The notes under the pieces are model-generated. The model saw nothing but the letters and a program-made list of their open reading frames with translations. It did not search any database and was not told the DNA's origin. A DNA stretch of 64,000 nucleotides from Thermoplasmata archaeon (GTDB lineage: Archaea; Thermoplasmatota; Thermoplasmata; Lutacidiplasmatales; UBA184). The position numbers and the translations under genes are program-made. This document shows positions 59,157-64,000 of the stretch, in pieces. The first letter of the stretch is position 1; each line of letters begins with the position of its first letter. The DNA is taken from positions 30,368 through 94,367 of the forward strand of contig DAHUZZ010000004.1 of the NCBI GenBank assembly GCA_027314915.1, given 5' to 3'.

Positions 59157-62100
59157 TCAGGGCAGCGGCTCGGGGCCGAACCGGTCCAGCACCGTCTGCT
59201 CCGAGCTTCCCGGGAACATCGTCGCGAGCGAGCTCTCGAGGAGCTGGATCCGCTGCCGCAGGTAGGGGGTGACCCCGGGCGTCTCGGCGAGCCGGCGCGA
59301 GAGCCCGAGGTACTTCCGGACCGCGCCCTCGAAGACCGTCGGCAGGAGTTCCCCGCCGCAGGGGCGCCCGGCGCGCGGCTGGGTGCAGTGCCCCGTGAGC
59401 GGCGGCCGCCGGAACGAGGCCCCGCACTGCTTGCAGCGGAACCGCTGCGTCGCGAAGCTCTTGAGGTTCCCCATGAGGTCGGGGAGGAAGTGGGAGTTGA
59501 GCACCAGGCTCACGGCATCCGCCACGTCGACGGAACGTAGCTCGGCGGTGAGCCTGAGCGACAATTCGACGATCCGGGCCATGGAGCCCGCCTCGCGGTA
59601 GGCCGACCGGGACGGCCCGCCGGCGATGTCGTAGGTGTCGTGGGTGAACGAGAACCCCTCGAGCGCGGCGGCCGTCCCGAGGTGGTGGCCGAGGAGGTCG
59701 ATCGACGGCTCGACCCGCTTCGCCGGCTCCCGGCGGTCCGCCGCCCGGTACAGCTCGAGCGGGTACCGCGCGGCCACGTCGAGGTTGTGCGCCTCCTTGT
59801 CCACCTCGCGCGGATCGAGCCGGGTCGTGAGGACGAGCGGCTTGTCCATGAGCGCGCCGCGGCTCTCCGGCAGGTAGGCCCGGGAGAAGTTGAGCAGGGC
59901 ATCCAGGAGGAGGGTGACCGAGTCCTCGTCGCCGTCGCAGTTCCGCCGCTTCGCGGCGTGGAAGACCGGGTGCGCGAAGCAGGCCTCGGCATCGGTGTAG
60001 CCGATGATGCGGCCGACGACCCCGCCGGAGGTGTGGGGCGCCAGCGCGACGACGACCTCCCCGAGGAGGTCTTCCGGCCGGACCGCCCGGTAGTAGGGCT
60101 CCCGGCCGTACAGCCGCACCAGCTCGTCGTCGACGAACTGGGCGAGGTCCGTCAGGTACCGCCCGCAGGAGTTCGAGACGATGATGTCCTGCACCCGGAG
60201 CTCGAGGAGCTGTTCGGGATCCTCGAGCTCGTCGCCCAGGACGTCGCGGGCGTAGCCCAATTCGCGCGCGGCCGGCACGGTGAGTCCGACCTCCCGCGGC
60301 CGGAAGTGGGTGAGGGGGAGGTCGGTGAGGTCGAACCGGGCGGTCCCGTCCTGGTAGACGGAGATCCCGTGGAAGGCGCGCAGCACGCCCTTCTCGAGAC
60401 GCTCCGGGACCTTCGCGCGGCTGGTCAGTCCCTTGACCCCCTTGACCTCCGGGATGCGCCGGAGGTGGAGCCGCTCCACGGCGACCGCCCAGAGCGGCGC
60501 GACGGGCAGCGACTGGACCACGACCTCCCCGGTGGCCCCGGTGCGGGTCCCGCAGCTGCAGACCGACCAGATGGTCTGGCCTCCGCACGCCGGGCAGCTC
60601 CGGACCCCGAGCTGCGTCAGGACCCCCTCGCCCAGCGACCGGCGCGCGGCCTCGGCCACCGACCGGTGGGGACCTCCGGCCTCCCCCACGGGGAAGAGCA
60701 GGTGCACGTTCGGCGACATCCGGCGCTGCCGGGCCTTCTCGGGCCGGCCGATCCGGGCCCCCACCCGGGAGGGCGACCGGGCACGGATGTCCACGCCGGC
60801 GAGCCGCGCGACGAGCTCGAGCGGGCGGAGCGGCTCGTCCGGGGGCGGGAGCGCGGACCGGCGCAGGAGCGCCGCGCCCTCGGCCGCGAGCCCGAGGCCG
60901 CCCACGAGCGCCCGACCGGAGAGCTCCTCGAGCCGGAAGAGCCCCTCCCCGTCGGGGGTCCCGAGCACGCCCAGCCGGAGGAGGAGCTCGTGCCACTCCG
61001 GGTCCGCGGGCAGGCGGAGCCGACCCGCATTCCAGCGGCCGTGCGTCTCCACGTGGAGGGAGAGGTTGCGGATCTCGTCGACGGTCAGGTCGTGCCAGAA
61101 GAGGTTGAACCTCGGGTGGAGCGGCACGCGGTACCTCCGCGCGAGGTCGACCGCCGGCTCGTACTCGGGGAGCTCGAGCGCCCGCTCGGCCGGGACGCCG
61201 GCGGCCTCGAGCTCCTCCAGGTGCCGGTCCGGCGAGTAGGCCCCGGGCTCGAGCGGCCGGTTGTTCTCGAGGAACTCGCCGTACGGGACCAGCAGTTCGC
61301 CGAGGTCCACGATCCGGCGGACCCGGTCCAGCACCGCCTCCGCCGCCGGGGCGTCGTGGAGCGCGAGGAGGCTGCCATCCTCGAGCTCGACGATGGGGCC
61401 CTCGACGGTGTCGCAGAGCGCGGTCGCCGTCGCCTTCCCCGGGTACTCGAGCTTGAGCTGGGTGCCGATCGCGACGAACCGCCGTAGCACGACCATCGTC
61501 GCGGGGTTCACGGCCAGCGACGCGAGGCCGCCGGTGCGGGCGCGGCCGTAGACGAGCCGGAACCCCCCGGGGCGGTTCGGGTAGCCGAGGATGGGGCGTC
61601 CGCCGAGCGCCTCCGCGAGGTACTTCGGGCCATGGCCGTTCTCCTCCTCGCCCGATCCCGGATGGCCGAGCTGGGCCAGGAACTCCCAGCCGGGGAGGCC
61701 GAGCCGGTCGACCACCTTCCGCAGCTTCGCCGCCTTCTGGCAGAGCCCCTCGGCGATCACGAGGCAGGCCCCGCCCCGGATCCCGTTCGTGGCCACCCGG
61801 GGGAGGTTGCGGAAGGCGCTCACCTCCTCGTCGCCCTCGGTGGACTCGCCCGAGATGCAGACGGGGATGTTCCGGACGACGAGCTCGATCTCCTCCGCGC
61901 TGGGCGAGTACTGGAGGTGCTGGAGATGCTTGTAGAGCGGAAGCTCCTCCTTGTACCGCTCGACCTCCTCCGATCGTGCGGTGAAGGCGCCGAGCCCGGC
62001 GTCCCTCCGGACGACATCGGCGAGAAGGACCGAGAGCGCCTGGGCGGTGCCGCCCGCCGCCCGGATCGGACCGGCGTAGTAGAGCTCGAGGTAGGCGTCG

Positions 62101-62513
62101 GAGCCCCCCTCGTTCCGCACATGGACCTCGGCGAGCCCCTCGAGCGGGGCGACGAGGATGCCCTCCGTCAGGATCGCGAGGCCGACCCGGAGCGCGGCGT
62201 CGAGGCGGCGCTCGAGCGAGTTCCCCCGACGGGGGTCCCGGGCGAGGCGGCGCGCCATCTCGACGGCGACCTCCTCGCGCGGCCGGGTGCGGCAGAGCTC
62301 CCGGATCTCCTCGGCGATCCCGTCGAGGTGCAGGTGGAGGAGCAGCTTCTCGACCCGCATGGCCATGTCCTCGGCCCGGGGGATCTCCGGGCCGAACTCG
62401 GGGTCGAGCCCGATCGCCCGGGCCGCCTCGGCCACGACGTAGGCGCGATCGATCGTGCGGTCGAGGCCGGAGAAATATTCTTCCACGGCGGCGCGGGGAC
62501 GTGGCGGGTCCAC
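59157..62513 (-). CDS. dp2: DNA polymerase II (PolD) large subunit DP2
   Basis: 1117 aa. Typical DP2 sequence throughout (LEGLAEVHV, YYAGPIRAAGGTAQA, C-terminal zinc modules CPACGG...CSCG and CKQCG). No intein. Confidence 0.95.
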   Translation of the reverse strand: MDPPRPRAAVEEYFSGLDRTIDRAYVVAEAARAIGLDPEFGPEIPRAEDMAMRVEKLLLHLHLDGIAEEIRELCRTRPREEVAVEMARRLARDPRRGNSLERRLDAALRVGLAILTEGILVAPLEGLAEVHVRNEGGSDAYLELYYAGPIRAAGGTAQALSVLLADVVRRDAGLGAFTARSEEVERYKEELPLYKHLQHLQYSPSAEEIELVVRNIPVCISGESTEGDEEVSAFRNLPRVATNGIRGGACLVIAEGLCQKAAKLRKVVDRLGLPGWEFLAQLGHPGSGEEENGHGPKYLAEALGGRPILGYPNRPGGFRLVYGRARTGGLASLAVNPATMVVLRRFVAIGTQLKLEYPGKATATALCDTVEGPIVELEDGSLLALHDAPAAEAVLDRVRRIVDLGELLVPYGEFLENNRPLEPGAYSPDRHLEELEAAGVPAERALELPEYEPAVDLARRYRVPLHPRFNLFWHDLTVDEIRNLSLHVETHGRWNAGRLRLPADPEWHELLLRLGVLGTPDGEGLFRLEELSGRALVGGLGLAAEGAALLRRSALPPPDEPLRPLELVARLAGVDIRARSPSRVGARIGRPEKARQRRMSPNVHLLFPVGEAGGPHRSVAEAARRSLGEGVLTQLGVRSCPACGGQTIWSVCSCGTRTGATGEVVVQSLPVAPLWAVAVERLHLRRIPEVKGVKGLTSRAKVPERLEKGVLRAFHGISVYQDGTARFDLTDLPLTHFRPREVGLTVPAARELGYARDVLGDELEDPEQLLELRVQDIIVSNSCGRYLTDLAQFVDDELVRLYGREPYYRAVRPEDLLGEVVVALAPHTSGGVVGRIIGYTDAEACFAHPVFHAAKRRNCDGDEDSVTLLLDALLNFSRAYLPESRGALMDKPLVLTTRLDPREVDKEAHNLDVAARYPLELYRAADRREPAKRVEPSIDLLGHHLGTAAALEGFSFTHDTYDIAGGPSRSAYREAGSMARIVELSLRLTAELRSVDVADAVSLVLNSHFLPDLMGNLKSFATQRFRCKQCGASFRRPPLTGHCTQPRAGRPCGGELLPTVFEGAVRKYLGLSRRLAETPGVTPYLRQRIQLLESSLATMFPGSSEQTVLDRFGPEPLP

Positions 62514-62571
62514 GATAAACCCTCGCTCTCCGACCCGCGGCGAACGCCGCGCGGCGGCCCCGGCGGGGCCC

Positions 62572-63081
62572 TCAGCTAAAGCTCACGAGCGTGACATTGA
62601 AGTCGTAGCTGCCGGCCTCCGACGGGACGGTGAGCACGACCGGGAGTTCGAGGTCCCGCCCGGGGGGGATCGTGAGCGGCAGCGCGACCCCGACGCTCTG
62701 GCCCACGAACGGCTCCGCCACGCGGACGACGTCGAGCGTGTGGTTCTCCGTGTCCGGGTTCCCGAGCGCCACCTGGATCGTGAAGGTGCCCCCGGGCGCC
62801 AGGGTGAGGGGGTAGCCCTCCGAGGTCCCGCCGTAGATCTGCGGCGAGATCCCGATCACGCCGATGGACCCGCGTCCGTCGACCGTCCCCTGCTCGATCG
62901 TGACGGTCCCGCCCTGGACGGTGACCTTGGCCAGCGGGGTCGCCGTGTAGAGGTAGCTCAGCGCGGCGGCGAGGACGATGACGGCGATGATCGCGACGAT
63001 CACGAGCCCCAGCACGCGGCGGCCCAGCGGGGTCATCGTCGCCCTCCGTCCCGCCCCGCCCCGGCGCCGGGAGCGCGGCAC
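62572..63081 (-). CDS. Membrane-anchored small protein, tandem paralog B
   Basis: N-terminal TM segment (VLGLVIVAIIAVIVLAAAL) plus a ~110-aa beta-rich domain. It is similar to 63095..63583 (GYPLTLAPGGTFTIQV / GYPYAYAPGSTFNFSI; NHTL / SHTL; a C-terminal ...Y.FN(L)TLV motif). Confidence 0.55.
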   Translation of the reverse strand: MPRSRRRGGAGRRATMTPLGRRVLGLVIVAIIAVIVLAAALSYLYTATPLAKVTVQGGTVTIEQGTVDGRGSIGVIGISPQIYGGTSEGYPLTLAPGGTFTIQVALGNPDTENHTLDVVRVAEPFVGQSVGVALPLTIPPGRDLELPVVLTVPSEAGSYDFNVTLVSFS

Positions 63082-63094
63082 CCTGCGGAGCTCC

Positions 63095-63583
63095 TCACTC
63101 CGCCACCACCACGGTCAGGTTGAGCGCGTAGGTGCCCATCGACGGGGGCGCTCCCACGGTGACGATCAGGAGGAAATCCTCGCCCGCGTCGACCTCGTAG
63201 GGCAGCGTGGGGGAGCAGCGGACCACCGTGAACGGGGAGTTCACGAGCACCGAGGAGAGCGTGTGGCTCGCGTTGTCGTGGTTCGCCGGCTGGATGGAGA
63301 AGTTGAAGGTCGAACCGGGCGCGTAGGCGTACGGGTAGCCGTCGGCCGGGCCCGTGTAGTTCATCACCTGCGTCCCGAACCAGGGGAGGCCGACCGACGT
63401 GCTGCCCTCGTCGACGAACCGGACCTGGGCTCCCGTGATGGTGCCCGTCGGCTTCGGCGCCGCGCCGATCAAGAGGACCGCCTCGAACCCCACGAGCGCG
63501 ATCGCGATGGCCGCGATCGTGGCGATCATCCTCAGGCGTCCCCGCGGGCCACGGAACGAGAACGAGCGGCGGGCCCAGCTCAT
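63095..63583 (-). CDS. Membrane-anchored small protein, tandem paralog A
   Basis: N-terminal TM segment (MIATIAAIAIALVGFEAVLLIGA) plus a beta-rich domain. On the minus strand, GATATGG lies ~30 nt upstream of ATG 63583. Confidence 0.55.
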   Translation of the reverse strand: MSWARRSFSFRGPRGRLRMIATIAAIAIALVGFEAVLLIGAAPKPTGTITGAQVRFVDEGSTSVGLPWFGTQVMNYTGPADGYPYAYAPGSTFNFSIQPANHDNASHTLSSVLVNSPFTVVRCSPTLPYEVDAGEDFLLIVTVGAPPSMGTYALNLTVVVAE

Positions 63584-63721
63584 CGGGTACGACTAGAGCC
63601 GGGGACCCCCATATCAGCCCTCCGACGGCGTCCCCGCCCGCCAGGGCACCCTCTCCCGTCCGAGGTAGGCCTTAAATCGCCCCCCTCCGCATCGTCGTCG
63701 TTCGAGCAGCCGGAATATTCC

Positions 63722-64000
63722 ATGCCCGAACCAACTCCACTCCGCAGCCGCCGGGAGGGGGGCATCGCACGCCCCCGCTCCGTCCGCCCCGCGCGGACGG
63801 GTCGGCGGTTCGATCCGCTCACCTCCCTCTTCCTCGGGACCGCCTTCCTGATCGCAGGGGCCGTCGTCCTGCTCGTCCCGGGGATCCCCCTGCTCCTCGG
63901 CGGAGCGTTCGGCGGGGCGTGCATCCTCCTCTCGGCCGGATGGTACGCGGCGTCGCTCGGCTTCGGCATCTTCTCGCGCGCCCCGGGCCGGACGAGCGAC
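63722..64000 (+). CDS. Membrane protein, 5' part (continues beyond the window)
   Basis: ATG 63722. High GC3. TM-like segments LFLGTAFLIAGAVVLLVPGIPLLLGGAFGGACILLSAGWY. Not in the ORF track because there is no stop inside the window. Confidence 0.5.
   Translation, partial: MPEPTPLRSRREGGIARPRSVRPARTGRRFDPLTSLFLGTAFLIAGAVVLLVPGIPLLLGGAFGGACILLSAGWYAASLGFGIFSRAPGRTSD

Noticed and set aside
59157-62513. Inteins in DP2, polB or nrdJ, which are common intein hosts in archaea.
   Set aside because: All three translations are colinear with typical host proteins. Their lengths are normal and there are no Cys/Ser...HN-Cys/Ser/Thr insertion blocks.
1-64000. A search for CRISPR arrays, cas genes, transposases, integrases, prophage genes or toxin-antitoxin pairs.
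   Set aside because: I saw no spaced direct repeats, no IS-like inverted-repeat-flanked ORFs and no recognisable defence or mobile-element proteins. The only selfish element is the AtpA intein.

Overview
This is a very GC-rich archaeal chromosomal window. By eye the G+C content is roughly two-thirds to 70%, but I did not compute it. Archaeal origin is supported by an A-type ATP synthase, PolD DP2, a family-B polymerase, the Sm/L37e pair, PurP, TATA-type promoters and many apparently leaderless genes. The gene content looks Thermoplasmatota-like, but that placement is only an inference.

I can support about 60 protein-coding genes and one tRNA. I found no rRNA, CRISPR array, transposase or integrase. 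The only mobile element is a 461-aa intein that splits the P-loop of AtpA. Genes are tightly packed, and 4-nt ATGA/GTGA start/stop overlaps are very common. Almost every long ORF in an alternative frame or on the antisense strand is a GC-driven shadow ORF (R/G/P-rich, with poor G/C enrichment at the third codon position).

Recognisable content:
- Replication and repair genes: polB, PolD-DP2, PolX, Mpg, class II RNR.
- An ATP synthase cluster rearranged into two convergent blocks.
- NAD synthesis (nadA, nadC), gcvT, purP, and a three-subunit molybdenum hydroxylase.
- ribA, hutI and RNase Z.
- A large N-glycosylation-rich surface protein.

Observations most worth a second look:
1. A three-gene cassette made of a RecA-like protein without a Walker A motif, a small helical protein, and a PolB with degenerate Exo I and motifs B and C. 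It may be an archaeal analogue of a mutasome.
2. A tRNA-Arg(UCG) whose T-loop carries a 24-nt insertion.
3. A VKOR plus CPYC-thioredoxin-like (DUF929-like) disulfide module, with a second DUF929 paralog elsewhere in the window.
4. A possible EarP-like glycosyltransferase in a HEAT/GNAT/peptidase/Mpg operon.
5. Three gene junctions where the coding frame changes at a homopolymer without a proper stop or start. These may be assembly indels, gene fusions or frameshifts.
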